A DNA stretch of 59,434 bases, filler included, from Circinaria calcarea (lineage: Eukaryota), in the NCBI GenBank assembly GCA_051942165.1. It is 8 parts of 8 records of this genome, joined end to end, with 100 filler letters (N's around TTAATTAATTAA, not from the genome) between each part and the next. Parts side by side here need not be neighbours in the genome. Positions count along the whole stretch, not along the records: positions 1 to 7,348 come from JAVECS010001355.1; positions 7,449 to 14,796 come from JAVECS010001356.1; 6 more parts are not named here. One strand, written 5' to 3'. A model generated the notes under the pieces. That model searched no databases. It had not been told where the DNA came from and saw nothing but the letters and a program-made list of their open reading frames with translations. Within the stretch, counting starts at the first letter, position 1. Each line of letters opens with the position of its first letter. The position numbers were made by a program, and so were the translations under genes. Below, one piece after another: positions 1 to 11,774 of the stretch.

Positions 1-619
1 CTCTAAGGGTAGCTTGAATAAGATAATAATTATATAGAAATAAAATCCACAGCTTTTATTTTATTAATATATGAAATAATAATTAATTAAAATAAAAATA
101 TTAGCTTTAGAATTATAATAAATTTATTATAATATAATTATAATAATTATTACGACACATGCCGAGATTAGTAGAATTAATAGATTAAATAAGAAGTGTT
201 TCTTAAAGATTATCCCGGCGTTAAAGAGTAAGTCTTGAGCAGCGATCATGGTGAAGTTTAGGAGATCCACGGGGAGACCTGAGCCCTCTTTATTATCGAT
301 AATAATTCCTGCAAAGCAACGGGAAGAGGGGTAACTTGTGCGACCTCAAGTGGTTGTTGCAAACGGTAATTACCGATCCAGCCTCCTCTTTCAGAAATAG
401 CCGTATAAATAATTCGACCCATCAGCCAGAATGGTGTCCGGGAACATCATCTGCGTTTTGGATGAGTGAATCCCGTCCCTTTATACGGCGGAGGTAGTAG
501 CATAAGTGCTCTCAATAGGATTGACTCTTACTTCTATTCTCAGAGCTACGTACATCGTCGCCTTCCACCCCTCTCGTACAATTTATCCCGCTCACTTCAA
601 CCATGTCCGCTCATGCATG

Positions 620-1102
620 ATGATGCCGTGAAGGCCTCGGGGCGCTGAGGAGGAACTCGTACTGGAATGGCTTCAAGACCTTATGAAGAGATTCACGGCG
701 TGGATCAACGAGCGTGGTATCCATGCTACAGCTCGCCGGCGGATTTACCAAGGACCCGGCATCTATCTAGATGGATCCACCAACAAACGGAAGATGGACG
801 TTGGTATTATGGCTTGTCATGGAGATGGCAAGGCTGACCAAAACATCGACGATCTGGTACTCAACTGGAATCAGATCCTTGTAGCCGGCGAATTGAAATG
901 TAACCCTGTAGAGGATGCACAGAACCCGGCATGGGTTGACCTCGCTACGTACGCTCGAGAAGTTTTCCACGCACAAGACCGGCGATTCGTTTTGGGGTTT
1001 ACACTCTGTGGGTCAATAATATGTCTATGGCTATTTAACCGATCGGGCAGCTCTGGATACAAAGTCTCCACAGAACAGACGTCTTCCTATGTAATTTTTT
1101 AA
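620..1102 (+). pseudogene. Fragment of a fungal-type protein kinase (FunK1/Pkinase_fungal family), N-terminal region only
   Basis: Motifs KRKMDVG, WNQILVAGELK.NP.ED, WVDLATYAREVF.AQDRRFVLGFTLCGS..LW.FNRSG are typical of this family. Homology stops right after RSG and there is no catalytic core. Confidence 0.75.
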
Positions 1103-1918
1103 CATTTTAACGGACGCTTCTTACTTTCATCTCATCTTTCTCTCATGATTTGGTCGCATCTAACGTCATTAGCCGTGAGAAGAGCCCATCCAGACTTCCA
1201 TCATTGTACACGCTATCACTTTTCAACATCACGTCACTTCAGAATATGGCATTAATAGAGTCGCCAAATTTGCAGGCGAAAGGAGCAAACCGCCACCTGG
1301 ATCGTCCAAAAACAGATCTTCAGCTGAGGCGAAAAACCACATCGAGCGACAGCAGTGGGTCAGATTCAGATGATTTTAACTTGGAAAAGAAGCCGCCTCC
1401 AAGTGAGTTCACTAGAGCGTACAAACGTTGGCAATTGCATAAAGAGTACGAGACCGAATTCAACAAGCGACCACAGGGTCTCGGCCAAAAGGCCGCTTGG
1501 CTGCTCGAACTAGAGAAAAGCAAAGAAAGGGAATGGTACAGGGGATTCTCTAAATAGTATCGAAGCAAATTGCGACATAGTTCCAAGCACTCTAAACTTC
1601 GGATTCCCTTCCCAAATTGCTTTGCGAGTCTCCTTTCTGGTAGACGCTCCGGTATGAGAATCAGTGGTAGTATGTCCAGGGGCTGTAGAATTGGCACATA
1701 GGATGATATTGTATTCGGTCTTCTCGTGTTTCGGCTGCGCGGTACAGTTGACCCATCTCATAAGGGTAATCATACGTGTACACATTCTGTTACAAACCGT
1801 TAGCTGACGAGAGCAACATTCATTATCAGAGGCTTTGGCTGGAGGAGCTACTGTGTTTAGATGTCACTGAATTAAATAAATAGACGAAGTAAGTGCTTGA
1901 GGTCCAAGGGTGAGCGCT

Positions 1919-2067
1919 ATATCCCTTAAACCGTCCCTCTGGCAGCATGGACCGTGCGTTTTTTGAACGGACCAGCATCTGGTCTATGCCAACCCAGCTA
2001 ACCAATCTAAACCTTGTATCCAAGAAACGCACGGTCCATGCTGCCAGAGGGACGGTTTAAGGAATAT
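1919..2067. mobile_element. Short hairpin/MITE-like element with long terminal inverted repeats
   Basis: 38-bp perfect inverted repeat at 1924-1961 / 2025-2062, extending a few bases with single mismatches. The internal sequence resembles 26141-26197. Confidence 0.6.
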
Positions 2068-3046
2068 CTGAAAAAATACAGGACGAGAAGGAGCAGGATA
2101 TACAGCACTCTACTTTACTTATGTATGTTGATTACAACGATATCGTGAGTCATACTTTCTTCCTTATCTATTGTATTATCCTATCAAGCTAGCCATAGCT
2201 ATCTATCAGGTGGCAATTAAGTTCAACCTTGCTCCTGGATCTTTGCATGATCGAACCCGCCGGCATTTCCATTATTTGGGCTCCTCACTCGATTTCCTAT
2301 CCTTAGGCAATATGGACTGTAATAGAGTATAGGTATTCGCGACTATCGGGAGCGATGTTTGAATATGGAGTGCTAAGCACCCGTTGGAGGTACATCCTAC
2401 GAACAACGTTTCCCAATATAGTCCGTGACGACTCAAGGATCTAGTAAAGAATGAATAGGGCTGCCCATATTCGTAGAGGTAACGAGGGGTCCAATTCTGT
2501 CTCTGTTATCGAACATCCATAAGTCACTCACCAACATGGAGGAGCCGATAACGGTTTCGTGAAAGCCAATAATCGCTTGGAAGATATTTCTACTTCAGCG
2601 ATCATGCTGCTGTTTATATTAGCTGCCTAAATAATTACTTCTATAGAATTAATAACATGCATTTGCCAAAACCAATTATTTATAGCATTATATTATTTAC
2701 TCAAGTATATACTGTTTTGATAATTTTTATAACAGTAAATATGAAGTATCGTTCAGTAGGTATAAGCAGTTTGAGTCTAAAGAAAAACCATACTTTGGCT
2801 AATAAAATTAGAAGCATCGGAAGCGTACATAGAAATAAGGCCGAAGAAATTCTAGATAGATAATAGACAAGCACGTTAAAATAAATTTAATAATTATAAT
2901 AAGACAAGCAAGCAAATAATAATATTCTATCTTTTAAAACATAGCTAATCATAGTTAAAAGTACATCGGAAGCTCGATCTTGATACGAAAAAGACATGTA
3001 ATCTGTATCACTCAATCCCCCTGGTATATATCGGCTGCGTTGCGGG

Positions 3047-3920
3047 TTATACTTTTCTGATCTCGATTTCTTTACTAGGAGAGCTGAGACTATCTACTCC
3101 AGTTTGTGGTTGGGCTGCCAGCTCCTTCAATGAATCAGGGTATTTCTTCCTTAACTTGATCACCACTGCCTTCGTGTTCTCGATTTCCGCTCTCGGAGGC
3201 TCCGCTTTTATATCCCAAGAATACCTGGTGCTGTGTTCGGAAGCTAAATTCTTCCCTATTGCGGGGCGGTACTCGACTTGTCCTGGAGACAGAACGGTGG
3301 CATTGTATTCTGTCCCTGTAGATTGAAGGAGGATTGCTTGATTCGTCGGGGGTCTCTGAAGACTAGATACGTTCCAATTCGAGGACTGGATAGACCTCTT
3401 GACCTCTTCCGATCTTTGGTGAAGATATCTTAAGCGGAATTCGTTAAGCTGATTCACATAGCCAGCTTTGCACAGCTGTTGGGCCAGGATATCTCTATGA
3501 TGACGGAGGACGCAGATCTCCTGGTTCAGAGGGTTCAGATCACAAGTGATGGACTTTCGATAAATTAGACTCGATTGTTAAGATTCACAGACGAGCCTCT
3601 TATCATTCTAGGTCCCCGACGTCCATTGCACGTTGCTTAACTGCTTCGCTGGAGGGAAAGTACTATTACTAAGAAACTTAAAACGATTGGAGTAGATCTG
3701 GGCAAGCAGTGTTATGTTTATAGCTTTACACTCAGAAACGTATCTGTGAGAGGCCACTCGAACATTTTATAGCCTTGCCACGAATGCTATGGCTGTTCAT
3801 GGCCAAATAGAAATTCATGTTATAAACAGACTCTCTGCTATCATGAACATTTTCCCGTGCTGACGGATCTAAAACCAACATCTCTAGCCTGGTTTTTGAG
3901 AGCCTATCTTCGGTGTCCAC
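3047..3920 (-). CDS. Possible multi-exon hypothetical protein or gene remnant
   Basis: Co-oriented open frames (3732-3920 and about 3047-3570) with protein-like composition; no recognisable domain. Confidence 0.25.
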
Positions 3921-3948
3921 CGATGAGGGTTATAGTTGGGGACTATCC

Positions 3949-3993
3949 GTGCCCCCTCCAAGTATACCCCCTCCAAGTGTGCCCCCTCCAAGC
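3949..3993. repeat. 3 x 15-bp tandem repeat
   Basis: gtgccccctccaagt / ataccccctccaagt / gtgccccctccaagc. Confidence 0.85.
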
Positions 3994-4743
3994 CCACCGC
4001 TCATATCTATGTCTCCGTAGAGTAACTGCCGGAGGAAGGTTAATATGCTTCAAGGATGCACCATAACGGCCAACAAAATCATAGGTTTGTTAGGAAAAAA
4101 TACTAGTGACTCGAAAACGAACAGCCCAACATACATGCTATTTCAAAATGCGAAGGGAATATAAATACAGCCCTCTCAAATAGTCAGTCAGCAGGAGGCA
4201 CTCGGGTCCAAAGAAAAGGAGCATGCTCTGGCAGTTCAGTCCTTGAGTTACGAATTCAAATGCCACGGAGAAACCGAACGGTCGCTAGAACAGGAACGCG
4301 ACCGTGTCCAAAGTCTTATCAGCTTCCTGAATACTCTCGATATCCCCAGAAGACCGGACCCAAACGATAACACAACATAAGAAGCTTCTGTTAGAAGATC
4401 TATCTCAAAACTTCAAAGTCGAGCCAGAGAGTACACCGATGCCACCCGTTTCCGAGAGTAGCGAAGAGGAGAACGAGATCAGAACGATCGTGCTGCCGTC
4501 TGGTCTAGGCAAACAACGAAAATGGCTGCGGAATTGAGGGTTAGCGGCAGATGCTGTTGTCGTTCACGATGCGCTAGCTGTTTTCTGGAGGCGTATTTCC
4601 CTTGGTACGGCAAGTGTACAGCAACTTATTAGTTAACTCGAAAGCTATATTGAATCAGAAAAGAAATTCTAGTGGCTAAATAATATCGACGCTGGAATCA
4701 CTTAAACGCATGCGATAGTTCCGGTATTCCAGGATATTCCACT

Positions 4744-4914
4744 TTAATCAGCATGGTTGACCGCTTTCGCCAAATTATAGCCCACATTGAATTTCTGGTG
4801 ATAGGAGTTAGGTAAGGTGACGACGGCCTCGTAAGGCAGCTGAGAAATCATTTTAAAGAAAATCTTCTATACTTTAAAGATCGAGTATGGTATATAAATG
4901 GCGAAGTGACGTTC
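4744..4914 (-). pseudogene. JmjC histone-demethylase-like domain remnant (C-terminal part)
   Basis: Minus strand reads RHFAIYIPYSIFKV*KIFFKMISQLPYEAVVTLPNSYHQKFNVGYNLAKAVNHAD*, matching the JmjC C-terminal consensus Q.PGE.V.T.P..YH.GFN.G.N.AEAVN.A. In-frame stops and G>A-type changes are present. Confidence 0.65.
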
Positions 4915-5399
4915 TAGAATTTATATCGTCTCAAAGTTATTGAAAGATTTTAATGATAAGTAATAGACCTTGCAATAATATCAAGGATATTTACGTCTTT
5001 AATCCTAGATGCCAATGGGTTTCCAGGTAAAGAATTGAGGATAGAAAGCTTATATTATAACTTTCTTGAAATTACGATTTTATGGTCTAAACTATATTAA
5101 GACGATCGTTTATCCTTGATTTAACCCTATTTTACGGCCTGATATGGCTCCCAGATATTCAGGGAAAGTGTACCGAGATCACGTAATTAAATACTCTAAG
5201 CACACCGAGATAGTGGCGTTCATAATGCTTTCGGTGCTTTAGTGCGGGCCCCTGTCATGAAGCTTCTATAAAGATCTAATTATTTCCCATAGTCTAAGTT
5301 GTTCACCTCAACAAGTATTTTACACATATTAATATCGTGCTTCTGCTATCACATCAGTACCTAGCCCTAGAAAAGTCAATATCAAATATTATGTGATTT

Positions 5400-6130
5400 G
5401 CCCTTCATCCACCATTTTCCAGCACTAATCCGATGACTTGCATACGTAATGCGGCCAGAAAGGAGAGCTTCTAGCGTCATGATACGCTGTGTGGTACTTG
5501 CCATACCAATTAAGAAGCCTTTTTCATCCCAATTATACGTGTTATCGGCGGTAATATGGTATTTCTCGTAGGCATAGAGTAACTCAGAAAAAATTAATAT
5601 TATAATTATTATACAGCCAATTAAGGCTTATCAAGTCGTAGAATTACTTAAATATAGGCGTATATTCGGATTATATACGCAGTTTATCGATATTACGCAG
5701 ATATAGGCTTTTAAGCCTATTTTTATATCTCCGTATAAAACCCCCTGTCCAATTCTTTTCAATAGGGCCGTTTAGCACTTCCTCCGCAAGATTATATATA
5801 ATCCTGTTAGTTGGAGGTATTCCTCGGTCGGTTAGGCGATTAATTTAGTCTATTAATACCTTTTCTTGACTATTAGTAAATCGTTAAATGTATTCTGAGG
5901 CGGCGTCTTGGCGAAACATGGTTTAACCTTTTCAGCATTTTTTTAGGGTGTTTTCGACTAGGCCGTATTTTCTGGCGGTGGCCTGTATATTCGGGTGTGA
6001 TTGGGCGTTTAGATCTGTAAAAGCTGAATCAATTGAAGTCATATTGGTGGAGTAATGATTTTTTGAAATGGTGGTTGGTATGCGGGGAACATGCGGCATC
6101 GGGGCCGGGTGCGGCATCGCTTAGGGATAT
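5400..6130 (-). mobile_element. Degenerate pogo/Fot1-like (Tc1/mariner superfamily) DNA transposon: 5' end and transposase N-terminus
   Basis: From ATG at 6042: PNIQATARKYGLVENTL (HTH), QEKVLID*INRLTDRGIPPT...KNWTGGFIRRY (CENP-B-type HTH), then YHITADNTYNWDEKGFLIG (start of DDE domain). Several stops. Repeated gatgccgca motifs at 6091-6125 resemble a terminal region. Confidence 0.85.
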
Positions 6131-6917
6131 CTGGTAAGCAGGCTGTTCCCACTCTTTCAAATTAGCTGATTTGTACCCATTGAGCTTGCGGAGCAACAAT
6201 AGTACAATTATTTCTCCTCACGGTGTTAAGATCTTCGAACCCTTCGGCGATCCATAGACCCCCTTCATTGTTTCTGCGCCAATTGAATAGGTTGAAGCTA
6301 GCATCGCTAGATACGGAATTGGCGTGGTCATCTACCTGGCTTGTGGGAATCAGAGATCATCTTCCAGTAGGTATTGGCTACTTACTTCAACAGGAGTCCC
6401 TCATCGTACATAGTCTGAGCTATTAATGGCAATCGCACACTAGACTGAGACATAACCTTTGAGCCTTGCTGATCGGGTAACTCTTCGCCTCTGTCCAATA
6501 TCCAGCTTGTTCTATATAATATAGGTCTATGGTGATGTTCCAATGCTCACTGGTTTCGAGGCTTAGACTTGACGTCATCGTCTCACCCAATGGCGGCGAG
6601 GGCGTGAAGGGTGTTACGACTTCAGACCCGATAAGATAGACAACGCTGCAGTCACGCGCGCGTGGAATAGAGTCTGGCCGATCAGTAATCGAATAATATC
6701 CTGCTTGAACGAAAGATTGGACAGTACCTGTCCAGGAAGCTACTGGGAGACTGATAGGTGGTAGGCCTCACGTCAGCATCCGAAAGCAGCTGGAAGACGA
6801 CGTGTATGAGCTCCTCCGTCACATTATATATACATAATGAGCCATAGAAATCTTGTCATAAGCCATCAACCAATCACTAGCTCCCGACCCCACCCATATC
6901 ACAGACGCACCGTAACC

Positions 6918-7088
6918 TCATAACCATAGATACCTCCTGCATCTTCGTTCCCCACACAGACATCGAGTCGGCTCATAGCCCTTCGCTTTGGTCAACCTTC
7001 TAGCCTCCTAGTCGGTGATGATCGCATCCTCGTCATCATCCGTATAATTGAACGTAAGCTCCGTCCCGGCGGGAATAGAACGATCAAA
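6918..7088 (-). pseudogene. SET-domain C-terminus plus post-SET remnant, DIM-5/Clr4-like histone methyltransferase
   Basis: Reads RSIPAGTELTFNY...IITD*EARR...TRCLCGERRCRRYLWL*: ELTF(D/N)Y motif, post-SET CxCGxxxC and terminal YLW. One internal TAG; no upstream SET core visible. Confidence 0.75.
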
Positions 7089-7348
7089 CAATTTTGGCTC
7101 CTTCAGCGAGACAGTAAGCCTATTATATTTGGTATATTAATTAAAACTAATTATAATTATAGCTAAAACCCTTACGAATTTAATAAAATATTACTCCCTC
7201 GAGGGTTAAGAGGATTAATAAAATATAAATTAAAAAGATTTCGACACGATTTCATATATTCGTTTAAAGGATATAATTATAATATATTTTTAATTATATT
7301 TTCGGGCGTTAACTGCGACGTAGGGTTTAAAATATAAATAATTAGAGA

Positions 7349-7448
7349 NNNNNNNNNNNNNNNNNNNNNNNNNNNNNNNNNNNNNNNNNNNNTTAATTAA
7401 TTAANNNNNNNNNNNNNNNNNNNNNNNNNNNNNNNNNNNNNNNNNNNN
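7349..7448. other. Artificial contig linker (N44-TTAATTAATTAA-N44)
   Basis: 100-bp linker with stops in all six frames, repeated identically seven times in the window. Confidence 0.98.
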
Positions 7449-7564
7449 TATTATATTTAATTCGATATTATATTATTTATATAAATTTTTTTATATATAA
7501 CGCTGATTTTATATATATATAGAATTCCCGAACCGAGGCTAACACGAAACCCCTCGCTGATTCA

Positions 7565-7665
7565 GGCGTCGCTGCTCTGCTCGCGCGCTAAGGCCCGTTT
7601 CGTTAGTGTGCTCTCTCGTTGCTCCCCTTGCTCCCTCGCTGCTTTCCCGTGCTCCCCCTCAGCCA
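7565..7665. repeat. Degenerate (tgctccct..)n short-unit repeat
   Basis: gctccccttgctccctcgctgctttcccgtgctccccc; the same motif recurs at 11590-11735. Confidence 0.5.
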
Positions 7666-8827
7666 CTTCCTATATTAGTTTCTGGCCGTCGCATTCATAC
7701 AAGTTTAAACGAGACCGTCCATGCAATTGGAATTGGATGCTGATTGAAAGGCTCTATAAACAACTTTACTAATTGCCTATATACGTCCCACTCCTCTTTT
7801 CTTTTTACTTGTTCCGATCGTTTTCATCTCTTTACGTTAGCTCGTCAATATCTATGATAATATTAATTTTTGATTAAAACATCTGAAGTTGAAATTCTGC
7901 CATTTGGCTAAGAACTTGGCGGGGGGAATCCTTTTTGCGCCAAGCACAAGGTTGATCTTCAGCCTTGACCTACCTGCAGATGGAGATGACAGCAAAATCA
8001 GGACAGTTTTGACTGGGAGCGATAAGCATAGGGACGTTTACCAAAATCTTTCTAGAACGCCATACCTTGAGCTCAATGCACCATCAAAGTCTTGTCAATT
8101 TTCGGCAGCTAATACGCAGGGAAGGATTCCCTACACCTTTCTATCTTTTAGTGTGAACTGCAATAGGTTGGTATTTTACGCCCGGCGCCAGCACGTATCT
8201 ACATAAGTCCCTAATCATGACTCATTGAGTATTACTGCGGTATACATGCCTCTGGGAACTTATATTCCCGCTGATAGGTGTGCCTTTTTTAGGGCGCCAC
8301 ACACCATGAACAAAAGGGATTGGGGCAGAATTGACATTCCCCCATTGCATCTGCATGAGTCATCTGGCTGTAGCATGCAAGCCTGCCCGAATTTTTAAGC
8401 TGACTGCAGTTCGCTGAAGTTCGCATTCTCTCATTTGAGTTTTTCAAATCTATATTTACATGCTAGGCTGACCCACTCGACTTTGCCTTCAGCCTTGTTA
8501 CATCGCTGTGGTAGTGTGGTTACGTTGGGTGGGGGCCGTTTGAATAAGTAAAAAGAATAATAAGGCTGTAGCTCTATGTGGCTCAGGCACTCATGCAGCT
8601 TATTTAAATTATGAAACAAGGCGAGGCAGTGACGATCATTTCAGCCTTTCCTATCGACCTCAGACTGCATAAAGAGCAGCAAGAACCTACCACATAATGT
8701 CGCAGCCTCCTTAACTCTTCTTCAAGCCGCTGAATTCGGTCTCTTCCATTTCAACCAGTCTTTGTTGAACTCTGCCAACGTGTACTAGCGTTTACAGTTG
8801 GGAAAGCCCATCGGGTAGAAGAATAGC

Positions 8828-10337
8828 ATGTCACCGAAACTCCAGTTCATGACTTTAGCAAGCCTGCTCACGGTAGCAGGTTGCCTTTCCACGCATAATA
8901 TTACTGTTCCAGCACCGGAAGGATTTTTCAACCATGGTAAGAACGACCTAATCTGTGTGCCAATAAAATGGTACAACATCTTGATATTTTTTTCCACCAA
9001 TTACATTGCGCATGCGGTGACGGTGAAATCTAGACCTGGCCAGAAGTTTCGACATGCAGCGCGCGGCTTTATCCTTGCTTTGGCATTTCCATACTCGGGT
9101 CTGTTACGGGCTTTGAGTTCATTCTTGGAATTCTCCTCGAGTAAGCATGCTCTCACAAAAGCCTATCACGCAGGAGCCTTATGGATCGTGGAAGCCTATA
9201 AAATTCCGTATAGAGCGGAAGAATCGTTGGTGTCTCAAGATCAGGTACTCCGTGACTTTTTCCACCAAGACCAAATATCTACGCCTCAAGTACAAAAGGG
9301 TAACTTAGCTTCAAACAACGACTCTACTACCTAGGCTCGGTGAGAAAGGTTAATCCTCGATGTATGACTATACTGATATCCTTCGAGTCTAAGGTTAATG
9401 CTAGATAATCCAGATCCAAAGCCTCGTAATGTTCATGGAGTTTGCAAGCTTCCACCGGGCTATCGTATCGCGCCACTGGAATTTGCTTCTAGGATTTCTA
9501 CCGAGAAAGGTCAGGATCCTGGCGATATGAAGTTGTGCACCTCATACAACATGCCGAAGGCTATTATTGCTGTTCTCCAAACACTTTTCGCTTCAATCAC
9601 TCTCTATCGATCACGAGGCGCTCAAATTTCACTGTACGGCTACGCCTCGTTTGGCCTGACTGTCATTCCTTACATTATCATGTCGATCATGAATTTTTGC
9701 GCGGGAATTATTCTTCCAGAATATCCTACCGTCTTTATCGTGCATTCAAAAGCCTCTGATGAGGCAGTCGCTCAAGGTGGTCGAATTGAGGGTGCGGTTG
9801 GACGTCTCATTGAGATCGAAAATAGGTACGGTTAGACGTCTCATTAAGATCGAAAATGAAAGACAGGAGCCAATACCCAGCACCACTGGAGCTCAGGCCG
9901 GTGACTACTCTGAAGGGGAAAATACCGTTCAAGATACAGGCTTCTCGCAAGAAAATTCAATTGACTTTGTAGAAGTCAAGCCTCATTTCTGGAGACAGAT
10001 GGGAAAGGTTTACACCATTCTAATTGTCACTTTCATCTTTGGTGCTATTCCTATTGCAGTCATCGGTGGTTTGACCCATTTCAAAGCCGGTGATAGTACG
10101 CCAGCGCAGCGAGTGTGGACAATAATGTGGCTCGTGTTCGGTATAATCTTCGGACTATATTTTGAAATGTGGTCATCGCGAGGGGTGATGGAAGCGTTCG
10201 TGGGGGAACCTGGGTTACTGAAATCTTTTGCGAACCAAATTATATGCGTGGGATTTTTTGGGGTGCCCGCGATTGGCGGTTTTATCGTGGTTGGCCAGAT
10301 GTTGAAAGCCTATGGCTCTTGCACGCTTCTTTCCTAG
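8828..10337 (+). pseudogene. Uncharacterised fungal multi-pass membrane protein, disrupted
   Basis: Signal-like N-terminus, NHG..DLICVP.KW..I.IFF.TNY.AHA.TV motif, several hydrophobic segments and a C-terminal YGSC. Split over three ORFs by a TAG at 9332-9334 and a 34-bp frameshifting duplication at 9791-9858. Confidence 0.6.
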
Positions 10338-11589
10338 TCCGCTAAATGACCTACAAACTGGATTTCATCATTCCATAGATGCTTCGCTCAAATTGCTGCT
10401 TCACATATTGAGAGAATTATATCTTGTATATACTGGCATTCATACCTTTTACCGTTGGTCTTATACAACATAAATATAGAAACATACGGAGTAGTTTCTT
10501 TCCTAGTTCTGAAGAATCTTGATTTCTCCTCTTGCTTTTCCGCCATTCTCCAGCACATCGTGACTGACTTCCTTATTTCATTCCTCCTCTCTGTAGGTCT
10601 TAATACTCCTTATGGTATAAGTGACTTGAAGATATCTCAAAATGTTGATTTGGAGTTGGATGTGTTCGCGGATTCCTTCAGCGAAGTAGCGATTCGCCTA
10701 ACAGACCATCTTCCCCGAAACCACGACAGTAGTAGTACTCTTACCCCAAGACTGAACTAAGTCAAACCACGCTCCAGAGGCGATCATGGTGTCGTTGTTA
10801 ACATGCAACCCATCTAAAGACCCCAGAGGAATAGCGGTGGTTAGTGGGGGAGGAAGTCGACTAGATGTGAACATTTCGGAAGGAATTTCCCGGATACCAA
10901 GTAATAAGTTGATTTCGGGAGACCATTGCACCCAAGAGGAAACACCCATGGCGTCTTCTCTTCGTCTTCATCGTCACTTCCTTCTACACTAGTGCCAACG
11001 TGTCTTAATCGGTCACGATATCGCTTATCGGGTGTAGAGAAGACAAGGGAAGCAACTAGCGTCAGCACTTGGAGATGGTGAAAAGTATTGCGTGTACAAA
11101 ACTTTTCTGTCAAATGATAGGCATTTTCCCTGGCGATTTGGTTGCTTGAGGACACAATGGACGTATTGAGCGCGGTGACCCGGTCCCCCGGGGGGGGGGG
11201 GGGGAAGGGAATTCCTTTTACTGTTGCGAACCAAGCGCTATATTTACCTATTGCGGAAGTCAGGCTTGAGTTTATTCTCCTAGGACTTACAGTCCTACAT
11301 GTATGCTACCTACAGCAAGAACTCTTCCAAAAACACGTCCTTCCTATATCCGTCTCAGGACACGATTTGTCACCTTTCACGCGTCCGTTCGAACCCTTCT
11401 TTTACCGTTATTCGATGAGGGGGGCGAGTGTGGAGACTCACGAGGTCCGTCTTCGGAAAACCCTGACCTTGGACCCTTACAATAGTTATTTCTTTAAGTA
11501 ATATGTAAACCACGCTTCTCGTCCACTTCTACAGAATTGCGTGTAATAGGTTTAGCCGGTAAGGGATAGCTAATATAGACTACGCCTCA

Positions 11590-11735
11590 TGCTCCCTCAG
11601 TGCTCCCTTATTACGATTCCTTGTTCCCTCTTGCTCCCTCGGTGCTCTCTCATACTCCTTTAATGTGCCCTCGTGCTCCCTTGCTGTGCCTCTTTACTCC
11701 CTCGGTGCTCCTTCTAAAACGGTTCTGCTCTCTTT
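11590..11735. repeat. Degenerate minisatellite of about 11-bp tgctccctcgg-like units
   Basis: Repeated gctccctc / tgctccctt units read directly. Confidence 0.65.
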
Positions 11736-11774
11736 CCCGTACGGGACCGGCAATTTTAAATCCTAAGTTCGGGG

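Noticed and set aside
1150..1700. ORF 1150-1557 and its continuation past a TAG
   Set aside because: Low-complexity, no recognisable domain, within decayed DNA.
10400..11160. Minus-strand frame with scattered stops
   Set aside because: May be a decayed gene, but no family motif was recognised.
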